The notes: generated by a model from the letters alone, not told the origin. Shown: positions 36,851 through 46,667, counted from the stretch's first letter. The stretch: 64,000 nucleotides of DNA from Patescibacteria group bacterium (GCA_018814875.1 JAHIYH010000041.1:13958-77957), one strand, 5' to 3'. Translations and numbers: made by a program.

Positions 36851-37195
36851 ATGTCTAATTTAGAGCTGACAGAAAACATTCAGGCAGTCTTGTTCATTTT
36901 AGCCGGCATGGTGTCGGGAGCGATCCCAATGTTATGCTACGTGGTTGCCAGTAAAAGACTAGAGCAACCTGAAAATCGATTTATTATTCTTCTTGTGAAG
37001 CTTGTGTTTGGTTTGAATGCCATTGCCGGCGTCGCAATCGGAATTGGAATAGCGGTTTACGCATACAATGCCAGACCTGGGTTTAACTCCGAAAGTGCAG
37101 TAGGGCTTTGGTTTACGGGATGCGTGCTTATAGCAGTTTTGTATTTTACCGTTCTTCGGAAAATTAAAAAAAAGGAGATACAAATCGTCCAATGA
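36851..37195 (+). CDS. Small membrane protein A (114 aa, about 3 TM)
   Basis: GGGAGA Shine-Dalgarno sequence 5 nt upstream, three hydrophobic segments and a basic C-terminus. Confidence 0.55.
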   Translation: MSNLELTENIQAVLFILAGMVSGAIPMLCYVVASKRLEQPENRFIILLVKLVFGLNAIAGVAIGIGIAVYAYNARPGFNSESAVGLWFTGCVLIAVLYFTVLRKIKKKEIQIVQ

Positions 37196-37341
37196 GAACC
37201 GTCATAACGGTCGAAAAGGGGGTGGCTTATCGCAGTCGCTCCCTATTTTTAATGTAAAGGATTATTGACATACAACACCAAATAGCGTCTAATATCTTGG
37301 TCGGTCGTTTTTTCACACTTCTCAGGGAAGAGGAGACAGTT

Positions 37342-37629
37342 ATGTTTGTTCTGGTTATTCTGTCTGGAGTTTCCGGATGGGCACTCTTCGAATACAGAAG
37401 AGGTTCATCAAATGACTCCTTCCTAGTCGCGTTCGTTGTTGCCAATGCAGGTTCGTTGTTTCAATGCATCGAACTCTCAATGGCACACAACTACTTCCTT
37501 GTTGTAGGAACGTGGTTGGGGAGTATCTTTTTATTCCCCGTTGGATACTCCGTGTGCATGATCTACGTTCGGATCGAGAATTGGTTCAAGAGAACCTACT
37601 TTTGTATCCGAAACTGGATGTGCCGATGA
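37342..37629 (+). CDS. Small membrane protein B (95 aa, about 3 TM)
   Basis: I start at the ATG at 37342, preceded by GAGGAG with a 6-nt spacer. The ORF track starts at a TTG at 37297. The terminator at 37647-37675 follows. Confidence 0.5.
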   Translation: MFVLVILSGVSGWALFEYRRGSSNDSFLVAFVVANAGSLFQCIELSMAHNYFLVVGTWLGSIFLFPVGYSVCMIYVRIENWFKRTYFCIRNWMCR

Positions 37630-37646
37630 TGGCTGACAATGTGTGG

Positions 37647-37675
37647 CGGGGTCCTTGTGGATCCCGTCGTTTTTT
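37647..37675 (+). terminator. Intrinsic terminator
   Basis: An 8-bp stem, CGGGGTCC/GGATCCCG, is followed by TCGTTTTTT. Confidence 0.6.
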
Positions 37676-37790
37676 AAATTGTGTGGAACTAGGATTCACA
37701 AGATTAAAAGGATTCACAGGATTAATCCTGTCCATCTTTTTAATCCTTTAAATCTTAGTTCAGACTTTTCTTTGTCATAGCTTCATCCTT

Positions 37791-37939
37791 GTCTGAATCA
37801 CCCTCCTTCGCCTCCCCACTTCGCCTCTTGGCTACGAGGGGCAGGCTGGGCTACGGCCGGTAAGCACGGATTACACTGATGACGATGCGCCCGTCTAATC
37901 CGTGACATCAGTGTAATCCCTTTAATCCGTGGTTCAGAC
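37791..37939. mobile_element. REP/MITE-like composite element E1 (termini GTCTGAATCAC ... GTGGTTCAGAC; core in reverse orientation)
   Basis: The core CCTTCGCCTCCCCACTTCGCCTCTTGGCTACGAGGGGCAGGCTGGGCTACGGCCGG is followed by GGATTACAC-type word arms, all bounded by terminal inverted repeats. Confidence 0.6.
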
Positions 37940-38060
37940 TTTTTCTGCAGTTAAAAGAACTAATACAGGCTAACAAGTATGTCATAATAGTTTGACATCA
38001 TTAGTATTGAGTCTATCTTGTCTGACCGACCGTTGTTCTCTTACAATCAGAGGTAAAAAA

Positions 38061-38348
38061 ATGGAAACCTTGGTTTTGGGCATTACGATGTTTATCGTCG
38101 CAGTGTTCAACGTCGTGGTTGGTCTTATAATGCTATGCAAAGATTACAGTGAGACTGGTTTTGATATGGACGATAGTATAGTCATGCGTCTTGTTGGACT
38201 GTGCTTCTATATCATGACAGGTCTTATAGTAATTTTATGTTTGCCACTTGTACATTATTCATGGGTTCAGATACTTGTACATTTTTTAAATGGCATGTAC
38301 GGAATCTTCTTGATATATGTAGTGGGTAGCAGAAGGATCAGCTTGTAG
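38061..38348 (+). CDS. Small membrane protein C (95 aa, about 3 TM)
   Basis: I start at the ATG at 38061, preceded by AGAGGT. There are three hydrophobic segments. The gene lies between elements E1 and E2. Confidence 0.5.
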   Translation: METLVLGITMFIVAVFNVVVGLIMLCKDYSETGFDMDDSIVMRLVGLCFYIMTGLIVILCLPLVHYSWVQILVHFLNGMYGIFLIYVVGSRRISL

Positions 38349-38356
38349 TCGGATCC

Positions 38357-38385
38357 GGGCGGTGCTTAGCGCCGCCCTTCTCTTT
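38357..38385 (+). terminator. Intrinsic terminator
   Basis: The GC stem GGGCGG..CCGCCC has an inner extension and is followed by TTCTCTTT. Confidence 0.5.
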
Positions 38386-38406
38386 AATGATGCGTTGATG
38401 AGAATT

Positions 38407-38592
38407 GTCTGAATCACGGATTATGCATTCTGGAACCATGATTAAAAGGATTAAAGGATTAGCATGATTCACTAAAACAATCCTGTAATCCTTCTTGTCG
38501 GCCGTAGCCCAGCCTGCCCCTCGTAGCCAAGAGGCGAAGTGGGGAGGCGAAGGCTGGTAATCCGTTAAATCTGCGTAATCTGTGATTCAGAC
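38407..38592. mobile_element. REP/MITE-like composite element E2 (termini GTCTGAATCAC ... GTGATTCAGAC; core in forward orientation)
   Basis: The core is CGGCCGTAGCCCAGCCTGCCCCTCGTAGCCAAGAGGCGAAGTGGGGAGGCGAAGGCTGG, flanked by GGATTA-type word arms. Confidence 0.6.
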
Positions 38593-38615
38593 AGTGAAGG
38601 TTCAAACACCCCGCT

Positions 38616-39287
38616 TCAAACAGCCTCAATCACCACCACAAACTCACCCTTATTCGTAATTTCTTTCGCTACAGTTGGAAGTCCTTCTACAGTCGTTTCG
38701 ATTACTTCTTCGTGAAGTTTGGTTAGTTCTCTTGCGATTACTATTTTGCGATCAGGTTGTTCGCTCAAGGCTTCAGAGAGTTCGATTAATGTTTTTTCGA
38801 TTCGATGAACAGATTCGTAGAAGACAATGGTATGTTTTTCTTCTGCAAAGGATTTGATAAGGCGCTTCCTTCCTTTTTTTACAGGGAGAAATCCCAGATA
38901 AAGGAATTGATTTGCCGGTAGTCCGCTTATGCTTAAAGCTGCGAGAAAGGCAGATGGACCAGGGATTACCTCGATTTCGATACCACGTTCACGGGCTCTA
39001 CTTATGAGTTTGAATCCGGGGTCAGAGATACCAGGGGTTCCAGCGTCTGAAGTAACTGCCATGTTTTCTCCTTTCTTAAGGCGCCTTAAAACTATCTCAA
39101 TTTTTTGATCAGATGTGTAGCTGTGCATAGAGATGAATTCTTTCTTTGGAATTTCCAATTGTGTGCAGAGTTTCCCAGCTACGCGAGTGTCTTCGCAGAT
39201 GATTGCGTCTACTTTAGATAGTGTTTCGATAGCACGTTTGGTGATGTCACCGAGGTTGCCGATAGGGGTGGAGACGATTGAGAGCAT
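38616..39287 (-). CDS. rsmI: 16S rRNA (cytidine1402-2'-O)-methyltransferase
   Basis: 223 aa of the tetrapyrrole-methylase-fold family. PIGNLGDIT.RA...L ... EDTR ... SDAGTPGISDPG. Confidence 0.9.
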   Translation of the reverse strand: MLSIVSTPIGNLGDITKRAIETLSKVDAIICEDTRVAGKLCTQLEIPKKEFISMHSYTSDQKIEIVLRRLKKGENMAVTSDAGTPGISDPGFKLISRARERGIEIEVIPGPSAFLAALSISGLPANQFLYLGFLPVKKGRKRLIKSFAEEKHTIVFYESVHRIEKTLIELSEALSEQPDRKIVIARELTKLHEEVIETTVEGLPTVAKEITNKGEFVVVIEAV

Positions 39288-39289
39288 AT

Positions 39290-39398
39290 TAGGGCGTAGG
39301 GTGTAGGGCGTAGGGTGTAGGGAGTAGGGTGTAGGGCGTAGGGCGTAGGGGTTATCAATCGCACCAATATTATCCTACCCCCAACGCCCAACGCCCCA
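39290..39398. repeat. Intergenic word palindrome (GGGCGTAGGGTGTA vs CCCAACGCCC)
   Basis: Inverted arms lie between the divergent rsmI and gyrA genes. Confidence 0.85.
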
Positions 39399-39464
39399 TA
39401 ACAAAAAACTGCCCTATCAAAACTCTTTCATTTTTATAGAATTTCGGTATCCTCTCCAAGACAT

Positions 39465-42422
39465 ATGTCCGACGACAAAACTATCCCGCCGGCCGATTCT
39501 GAAGAACAGGATTCTTCGCAAGATGAAGCCGATCCTGAGGCTTCTAATGAGCCCAAGATCTATGGCCCACTGCATGGTGGAGAAACTCTGGGTAACATTG
39601 GAAGTGTTTCACCACGGCCGATTGTAACTGAGATGGAGGAGAGTTATTTGGACTATGCAATGAGTGTAATTGTGCAACGTGCTCTTCCGGATGCGCGTGA
39701 TGGTCTTAAGCCAGTTCACCGTCGCATCCTCTTTTCTATGAATGAATTGGGACTGCGAAGCAGCGCAAAATTCCGAAAGTCTGCACTTATAGTTGGAGAC
39801 GTACTTGGTAAATATCATCCGCATGGTGATAGTGCTATATATGAATCACTAGTACGTATGGCGCAGAGCTTTTCTCTGCGTTATCCACTTGTTAGGGGAC
39901 AAGGTAACTTCGGATCGATTGATGGAGATAGCGCCGCAGCCATGCGTTACACGGAATCGAAAATGGAGAGGATGGCCGAGGAACTGTTGCAAGACATCGA
40001 TAAAGATACGGTAGATTTTCGTCCCAACTACGATTCAACACGCAAAGAACCTACAGTTCTTCCTGCAAAAGTACCTAATCTTCTCCTTAATGGAACGGTT
40101 GGTATTGCTGTTGGAATGGCAACCAACATTCCGCCACATAATTTGATTGAGGTGATTGATGCAACTGAGCACTTGATCGATAATCCTGAAGCAACAGTGG
40201 AAGATCTTTTGGAGTTCATAAAAGGACCAGACTTTCCAACAGGTGGAATCGTATACAATCAGGATACGCTGACACAGGCGTATCTTACGGGACGTGGTTC
40301 TGTTGTAGTGCGCGGGAAAGCGGAGATAGAAGAGTCCAAAAATGGTCGTTATCAGATTCGTGTTTCCGAGATTCCGTATCAAGTGAATAAATCTAACATG
40401 ATCGAAAAAATGGCACACTTGGTGCAGGATAAAGTGATTCAGGGTATCTCTGATATTCGCGATGAATCTGATCGTAAAGAGAATGTTCGTATTATCATTG
40501 AACTCAAGAAGGATTCATATCCTCAGAAGATCTTAAATCAACTCTTCAAACATACCGATTTGCAATCAAGTTTCGGCTACAACACGATTGCACTTTCTGA
40601 TGGTCTTCAGCCTCGTCTTCTTAATCTGCAGGAGTTCCTTCAGATCTTCATTGATCACCGCAGAGTTGTTACACGCAGACGCGTGACATTCGAACGAGAT
40701 CGCGCAAAGGAACGTGCTCACATTCTGGAAGGATTGTGTATAGCACTAAATGACATTGATAAGGTGGTGGAAACGATCAAGAAGAGTGCAACAAAGGAGA
40801 TTGCTAAGGAAAATTTGATCAAGAACTTCAAGCTAACAGAAATTCAGGCTGATGCTATCTTGCAAATGCGTTTGCAAACGTTAGCTGGTTTGGAGCGACA
40901 GAAGATTGAGGATGAACTTGCGGAAAAGAAGAAGTTTATTGCAGAGTGCGAGGCAATTCTCAAGGATTCCAAAAAGATTGATGAAATCATTAAAGGAGAA
41001 GTGAAGGAAATTAAGGAGAAGTACGGCGACAAACGCCGAACCACAATCGTCAAACATGCAGTTGGAGACTTTAGTGCAAAGGATACGATTCCGAATGCAC
41101 CTATGATGGTTACATTAACGCGCACTGGATATGTTAAACGTCTAAGTCCAATGCAGTTCCGTGCACAAGCGCGTGGCGGGAAGGGAGTTAAGGGAATGGA
41201 TGTGAAAGATGAGGATGAAACAACAACGATTTTGCATGTAATGAATCATGATGACCTTTTGTTCTTTACGAACACAGGGCGTGTATTCAAGCTTCCAACC
41301 TTCGAACTTCCACAAGGATCTAGAATTGCCAAGGGGCAGGCGATTGTGAATCTTTTACAATTACAACCAGATGAATTAGTTACTGCTATCTTGAAATCGG
41401 ATCTAGAAGATAAAGAGAGCCTATTTATGGTTACCAGAAATGGGATAGTTAAGCGTACGGAGCTTAATCAATTCGAAAATATACGTCGTTCGGGATTGAT
41501 TGCACAGAAAATACCTTCCGGAGATGAGCTTTGTTGGGTTCTGGCAACTACCGGTAAGAATGAAATTCTTATGGTAACGCAGAAAGGAAAGGCTATTCGA
41601 TTTAAAGAGGAGGATGTACGAGAGATGGGTCGTGCTGCAGCTGGTGTACGTGGTATCAAACTTGGACAAGGAGACAAAGTGGTGGAAGCAGCTACGATTG
41701 ATGATCCTTCCAAAAGTAAGTTGTTGGTGGTAATGGAAAATGGATTGGGGAAAATGACATCGGTAAATGAGTATCGATTCCAAGGAAGGGGAGGATCGGG
41801 TGTAAAAGCGGCACAGCTTACGGCAAAGACGGGCGACATAGTCGGTGGATGTATTCTTAAAGATGGTGACGAAGGAGATCTTCTTTGTTTGAGCAAGCAG
41901 GGTCAGGCAATTCGCATGAAGCTTGGTGACATTCCGTCACGCGGGCGTGCTACACAGGGGGTTATTGTCATGCGTCTTAAGGCGCGCGATAAAGTATCCA
42001 CGGTGAGTGTGGTGATGGAGGATAAAGAGGAAGAAGAAGCTGTGATTCAGGCGGCAGCGGAGACTCGTACAGAAGAAGTTGAGCTGATTAAGAAAGAGGA
42101 GAGGCGTGTTAATCGTGCGGCTAAGAAGATAAAAGTAGCTGTTGGGGCTGGGGCTGGGGATGAGGATAGGGCTGTGGATAAGAAGACGGAAGCCCCTAAG
42201 TCAGAACCAGTTTCTAAAGTGAAATTGAAGCTTGTTCCAAAGCCAAAAGCTAAGCCTGTTCCTAAGCTAAAGCCAAAAGCGAAACCAAAGCCAAAGAAGT
42301 TTGCGAAGAAGGCTCCTGCTAAGAAAAAACCAATCAAGAAAGCTCCGGTTAAGAAAAAGCCGGTTAAAAAAGCCGTTAAGAAGGTTCCCGCAAAGAAGCC
42401 TGCCAAGAAGAAAAGGAAGTAG
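39465..42422 (+). CDS. gyrA: DNA gyrase subunit A with a Lys/Ala/Pro-rich C-terminal tail
   Basis: DGLKPVHRR, the active-site region AAMRYTE, and C-terminal beta-pinwheel repeats. The last ~110 residues form an AKKPxKK-type basic tail. Confidence 0.96.
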   Translation: MSDDKTIPPADSEEQDSSQDEADPEASNEPKIYGPLHGGETLGNIGSVSPRPIVTEMEESYLDYAMSVIVQRALPDARDGLKPVHRRILFSMNELGLRSSAKFRKSALIVGDVLGKYHPHGDSAIYESLVRMAQSFSLRYPLVRGQGNFGSIDGDSAAAMRYTESKMERMAEELLQDIDKDTVDFRPNYDSTRKEPTVLPAKVPNLLLNGTVGIAVGMATNIPPHNLIEVIDATEHLIDNPEATVEDLLEFIKGPDFPTGGIVYNQDTLTQAYLTGRGSVVVRGKAEIEESKNGRYQIRVSEIPYQVNKSNMIEKMAHLVQDKVIQGISDIRDESDRKENVRIIIELKKDSYPQKILNQLFKHTDLQSSFGYNTIALSDGLQPRLLNLQEFLQIFIDHRRVVTRRRVTFERDRAKERAHILEGLCIALNDIDKVVETIKKSATKEIAKENLIKNFKLTEIQADAILQMRLQTLAGLERQKIEDELAEKKKFIAECEAILKDSKKIDEIIKGEVKEIKEKYGDKRRTTIVKHAVGDFSAKDTIPNAPMMVTLTRTGYVKRLSPMQFRAQARGGKGVKGMDVKDEDETTTILHVMNHDDLLFFTNTGRVFKLPTFELPQGSRIAKGQAIVNLLQLQPDELVTAILKSDLEDKESLFMVTRNGIVKRTELNQFENIRRSGLIAQKIPSGDELCWVLATTGKNEILMVTQKGKAIRFKEEDVREMGRAAAGVRGIKLGQGDKVVEAATIDDPSKSKLLVVMENGLGKMTSVNEYRFQGRGGSGVKAAQLTAKTGDIVGGCILKDGDEGDLLCLSKQGQAIRMKLGDIPSRGRATQGVIVMRLKARDKVSTVSVVMEDKEEEEAVIQAAAETRTEEVELIKKEERRVNRAAKKIKVAVGAGAGDEDRAVDKKTEAPKSEPVSKVKLKLVPKPKAKPVPKLKPKAKPKPKKFAKKAPAKKKPIKKAPVKKKPVKKAVKKVPAKKPAKKKRK

Positions 42423-42464
42423 ATTTCTTGCAGCTCTACTCAATCTCTGTACAATCTTACCGAT

Positions 42465-42683
42465 ATGAAAGCCGGAATCCACCCAGAACTCTTCGCTGAT
42501 GCTAAAACCACATGTTCCACATGTGGGGCGATTTTCACGATTCCAAGCACATTAAAGAAGATAGAAGTAGAAACCTGCTCTCAGTGTCATCCGGTTTATA
42601 CAGGAAAACAGCGCAAGGAGATGAAGGGAGGCCGTGTAGAGAGGTTTAGGAAGAGGATGGCGGCGGGACGTGATAAGAAATAA
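42465..42683 (+). CDS. rpmE: 50S ribosomal protein L31 (Zn-ribbon type)
   Basis: 72 aa. MK.GIHPE ... C.TCG ... CS.CHP.YTGKQ. Confidence 0.93.
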   Translation: MKAGIHPELFADAKTTCSTCGAIFTIPSTLKKIEVETCSQCHPVYTGKQRKEMKGGRVERFRKRMAAGRDKK

Positions 42684-42797
42684 ATAGCGGATTGTTGGAT
42701 AGTTTCTAGTTTGCCGGTTTTTCGTTATTTCGTTATCTCGTTACATCGAAATAACCAAATAACGAAGTAACGAAATAACGAATAAACCCGATTTTCG

Positions 42798-42824
42798 CTA
42801 GCACTCACGCTATTCGAGTGCTAT
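42798..42824 (+). promoter_or_regulatory. CIRCE operator (HrcA binding site)
   Basis: CTAGCACTC-N9-GAGTGCTAT matches the consensus TTAGCACTC-N9-GAGTGCTAA and ends 10 nt before the hrcA ATG. Confidence 0.85.
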
Positions 42825-42833
42825 CATGCAGTC

Positions 42834-43550
42834 ATGAATGAGCGCCAAAGTAAGCTTCTGGTGGCGATAATCGACCAATTCATAGAGACAGCTCTGCCGG
42901 TAGGTTCCAAGAGACTTTTGGAGTCTGGGGACTTCTTTTGTTCCTCGGCCACAATTCGTAATGAGATGGGTCTTTTAGAAGATGAGGGATTTCTGGAGCA
43001 GACGCATATTTCATCTGGTCGTATCCCAACAGCGCATGGATACAGGATGTATGTGCAGGATTTTATGAAGACGAGTGTTAGAGAGAAGGCAGTACGCAAG
43101 AAGTTTGAGTCACTAAAAGAGCAATACTTTCAGCGCAAAGATCAAGAAAGGGTGTACGAGGCCGTCGCGCTTCTTTCGCATATGACTCCCAATGTTGCGT
43201 TTGCGTCTGTACCGCATAAGGATCGTGTTTATTTTATGGGGCTTAGTAATGTGCTCAAGCAGCCTGAGTTTCAGAACAATCCTTTACTTGCCAGTGGAGT
43301 TGCGGAACTTCTTGAAGACAAGTTGAATGCGCTTCTCGAAAAAGTTGAGGTGGATGATAAGGTTCGTTATTACATTGGCGATGAACATATCCTTAGCTCT
43401 ATTCAAAGCTGTGCAATGATGGTTACAGAATATCGTGTGCGCGATTTACGAGGTGTGCTTGGAATTCTGGGTCCCATGCGAATGGATTACGCGTATAATA
43501 CGGTGGCGATCGACTTGGTTGCTGATTTGTTACGTTCTTATCAGGGTTAG
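42834..43550 (+). CDS. hrcA: Heat-inducible transcription repressor HrcA (short form)
   Basis: The N-terminal winged helix L..II..F......PVGS..L ... SSATIRNEM..LE..GFL...H.SSGRIPT..GYR.Y is present. At 238 aa it is shorter than the usual ~340 aa. Confidence 0.85.
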   Translation: MNERQSKLLVAIIDQFIETALPVGSKRLLESGDFFCSSATIRNEMGLLEDEGFLEQTHISSGRIPTAHGYRMYVQDFMKTSVREKAVRKKFESLKEQYFQRKDQERVYEAVALLSHMTPNVAFASVPHKDRVYFMGLSNVLKQPEFQNNPLLASGVAELLEDKLNALLEKVEVDDKVRYYIGDEHILSSIQSCAMMVTEYRVRDLRGVLGILGPMRMDYAYNTVAIDLVADLLRSYQG

Positions 43551-43585
43551 GGCTAGGGCTTGGGCTAGGCTTTTTTTTAAAAATT

Positions 43586-43960
43586 ATGAAAGACTTTACA
43601 GACCTCGAGGCATGGCAGAAAGGAATGAATCTTCTCAAAGAGGTCTATAAGATTACTGGTTCATTTCCAAAAGAAGAAAAATATAATCTTACTTCTCAGA
43701 TGCGCCGAGCATCAACTAGTGTATTAACGAATACTGCAGAGGGGTTTGGTAGATCTACTAGTCCAGACAAGGCATACAGGTATACGATTGCTCGTGGTGA
43801 ATGTACCGAAGTACATGCTTTATTAATTATCAGTGTTGAACTTGGAATAATAACTATGGAAGATGCTAAATCTGCAATAGAATTAACTTCTGATACGGGT
43901 AAACTTCTCTCAGGTTTAATTAGAAAATACTCCTCTTCCAAGCCCCAGCCCCAGCCCTAG
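43586..43960 (+). CDS. Four-helix-bundle protein (23S rRNA intervening-sequence protein / Avd-like family), second copy
   Basis: 124 aa. FTDLEAWQKG..L...YKITGSFPKEEKYNLTSQMRRASTSVLTNTAEGF. Flanked by GGGCTAGGG-type arms at 43546-43572 and 43938-43970. Confidence 0.85.
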   Translation: MKDFTDLEAWQKGMNLLKEVYKITGSFPKEEKYNLTSQMRRASTSVLTNTAEGFGRSTSPDKAYRYTIARGECTEVHALLIISVELGIITMEDAKSAIELTSDTGKLLSGLIRKYSSSKPQPQP

Positions 43961-43970
43961 CCCCAGCCCT

Positions 43971-46667
43971 ATGTCCATCAGATTACTAAAAGTACGACCT
44001 GCCAAAGAAGATGAACGCGAAAAGCAGACACATCGAGGTCCGCTCTATATGGAGCCGGCGTTGGCTGCATTACATTCACTTAAAGGAACAGATAGAGAAG
44101 TCAGCTTAGAGATTGGAATGGGACGCGATGGGAAGATTGGTTTTTTTGTAAGGGGAAGTGGTCGCGGTACACGTTTGGCGGAAAGCCAGATCTATGCTCA
44201 GTATCCTGATGTTGATATAGAAACAATTACAGAGGATCCTTTTGTACCAAATGCAGATGAAGAAGTAGTAACGGTAGATTTGTGTCTCACAGATCCGGAG
44301 ATTTTCCCTATAAAGAGACATCCACAATTTGATGATCTTCTCACTCGTACAAATGTTGATCCTATTGCAGGTATCACATCGACGCTCTCTCGTTCATTGG
44401 TTCCCGGTATGCGCGGGCATGTTCAAGTGGCTATAAAACCGCTCACGGGAAGTTATCGCAGACGCGCTCTCAGATTCATTCCTCTGTTACAAAAGGGATT
44501 AGCATCAATTTCGGTTCGTTATGCTGCTTTATTTACACGTATGCAGTTAGCGCGTGGATGGAGACGTGTGGTACTTTTGCCAGTAGCTTTCTTTTTGGGA
44601 GGATTTAGAGCGTGGCCTGGATTCAGCAAATTCTTCACAACACCAGTGAACATAACTACGGGTGAAATATTTACATCTGATCCGGAAGAGGAGGATATGC
44701 AGCGTGCAAGTGCGCGTTCGCATGATCGTGAGAATTCGGTTGCTGCCGCGCTCGATAAAGTGAATCGTTTACTTTTCCTGTGCAATGTACGTATAAGCGT
44801 GATTGCTCCTAAGGGGCACACTGACGAGGCACGTGCTCAGATTGATGAGATTGTTGGAGGCTTTAGGCAATTTGCTCTTCCTAATTGCAATGCATTGAAA
44901 GCTAAATCTGTTAAGCAGAGTTCGAATGTTCCATATGGAATTAAGGAACATCCTTTCATTCTTTCGGTAGAAGAAGTGGTTACCCTGTGGCACATTCCAA
45001 CTGTTCTGGTTAGAACTCCAAATATTGATTGGGTGCTAAGCAAGAAACTTGAGCCGCCTATCAATTTACCTATATCGACTGATAAAGATGTGACGACCCT
45101 TGGTGAGGCAGTCTTTCGTGGAGAGCGTTCTCAATTCGGTATTTTACCGGATGATCGTCGTCGACATATCTATTGCATCGGAAAAACTGGAATGGGTAAG
45201 TCAACGCTTTTGGAAAATATGATCTTTAGTGATATTCACGAAGGGAAGGGGGTAGGTGTTATTGATCCGCATGGAGATTTGATTGACGCCATTCTGCAGT
45301 TTATTCCAAAAGAACGATCGAATGATATTATCCTGATTGACCCCGCAGATCGTGACTTCCCAATTTCTTTTAATATGCTGGAGGCAACAGGTCCCGATCA
45401 GCGACCTATAGTCGCATCAGGTCTGATGGGTGTTTTTACAAAGCTTTGGCCAGATGTTTGGAGTGAACGAATGAAGCATATTCTAAGGAATACCCTTCTT
45501 GCACTTTTGGAATACCAAGGTTCCTCTATGCTTGGAATCATGCGTATGTTTGCGGATGATGCGTATCGCACTAAAGTTGTTGATAAGATTACAGATCCAC
45601 TCGTCAAAAGTTTCTGGAAAGATGAGTATGAACAATGGTCCGAGAAATATCGAACGGAGGCCATCTCAGCCATTCAAAACAAAGTGGGTCAGCTTCTTTC
45701 TACTCCCATAATGCGTAACATTGTCGGGCAGGTAAAAAGTAGTGTGGATATTAGGCATGCAATGGACACAGGGAAGATTGTTCTTGTTAATTTGAGTAAA
45801 GGTAAGTTGGGTGAAGATGTTTCCGCATTTTTAGGATCCATGCTCGTCACAAAGTTCCAAATTGATGCTATGAGTCGGGCAGATATTCCAGAAAAAGATA
45901 GACGTGATTTCTACCTATATGTTGATGAGTTTCAGAACTTTGCAACTGAGTCGTTTGCCACGATCCTCTCTGAGGCTCGCAAATATCGCCTCTCTTTGAC
46001 TATGGCGAATCAGTATGTGGCGCAACTTTTGATTGATGATAAAAACACCGCTCTTCGCGATGCAGTATTTGGAAACGTTGGTTCCATTATCAGCTTCCAG
46101 GTGGGGAGTGATGATGCAGAGGAGATGAGTTTGCAGTTTGAAGAAATGGTGACTGCTAAGGACATTTTGAGTTTGCCTAAGTATCACGCGTATGCACGTG
46201 TGATGATTGAAGGTGTTCCATCTAAGCCTTTCTCGGTTACCACACTTCCTCCTCCTCAGTTTAAGCAGGATCCAGGTCGAGTAGATACATTCAGGAGCCT
46301 CTCGCGTGAGAGATATAGCAAATCTCGAGTAGAGGTTGAGGGTAAGATTATGAAGTGGGCGCAGTCTGCTGCAGAAGGTAGAAAGGATGCTAAGAAGGCT
46401 GGTAAAGCAAAAGAGAAGGAAGAAGAAGAACTTAAGAAAGCTCGCAAAAAGGGTATGAAGTTAGATGAATACCGCAAATGGCGGGATAGAGAGATGTGGC
46501 TGAATGATTTTAATATGATTCGTAAAAAGAACTTAATGGGAGAGAAGCTTAACGAAGATGAAAAGAAGGAGATGGCAGAACTAGAGAAGAAGCTCAAGGA
46601 TAGTGGGGGAGTGCCGGAGCTGAGTAAGACGTTGCTTCAGATGAAAGAGAAAAAGGAGAGAAAGTGA
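43971..46667 (+). CDS. P-loop ATPase of the TraD/VirD4 (type IV coupling protein)-like / FtsK-HerA superfamily with an uncharacterised ~390-aa N-terminal region
   Basis: Walker A GKTGMGKST, Walker B FYLYVDEFQNF, and a C-terminal Lys/Glu coiled coil. No other T4SS genes lie nearby. Confidence 0.75.
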   Translation: MSIRLLKVRPAKEDEREKQTHRGPLYMEPALAALHSLKGTDREVSLEIGMGRDGKIGFFVRGSGRGTRLAESQIYAQYPDVDIETITEDPFVPNADEEVVTVDLCLTDPEIFPIKRHPQFDDLLTRTNVDPIAGITSTLSRSLVPGMRGHVQVAIKPLTGSYRRRALRFIPLLQKGLASISVRYAALFTRMQLARGWRRVVLLPVAFFLGGFRAWPGFSKFFTTPVNITTGEIFTSDPEEEDMQRASARSHDRENSVAAALDKVNRLLFLCNVRISVIAPKGHTDEARAQIDEIVGGFRQFALPNCNALKAKSVKQSSNVPYGIKEHPFILSVEEVVTLWHIPTVLVRTPNIDWVLSKKLEPPINLPISTDKDVTTLGEAVFRGERSQFGILPDDRRRHIYCIGKTGMGKSTLLENMIFSDIHEGKGVGVIDPHGDLIDAILQFIPKERSNDIILIDPADRDFPISFNMLEATGPDQRPIVASGLMGVFTKLWPDVWSERMKHILRNTLLALLEYQGSSMLGIMRMFADDAYRTKVVDKITDPLVKSFWKDEYEQWSEKYRTEAISAIQNKVGQLLSTPIMRNIVGQVKSSVDIRHAMDTGKIVLVNLSKGKLGEDVSAFLGSMLVTKFQIDAMSRADIPEKDRRDFYLYVDEFQNFATESFATILSEARKYRLSLTMANQYVAQLLIDDKNTALRDAVFGNVGSIISFQVGSDDAEEMSLQFEEMVTAKDILSLPKYHAYARVMIEGVPSKPFSVTTLPPPQFKQDPGRVDTFRSLSRERYSKSRVEVEGKIMKWAQSAAEGRKDAKKAGKAKEKEEEELKKARKKGMKLDEYRKWRDREMWLNDFNMIRKKNLMGEKLNEDEKKEMAELEKKLKDSGGVPELSKTLLQMKEKKERK

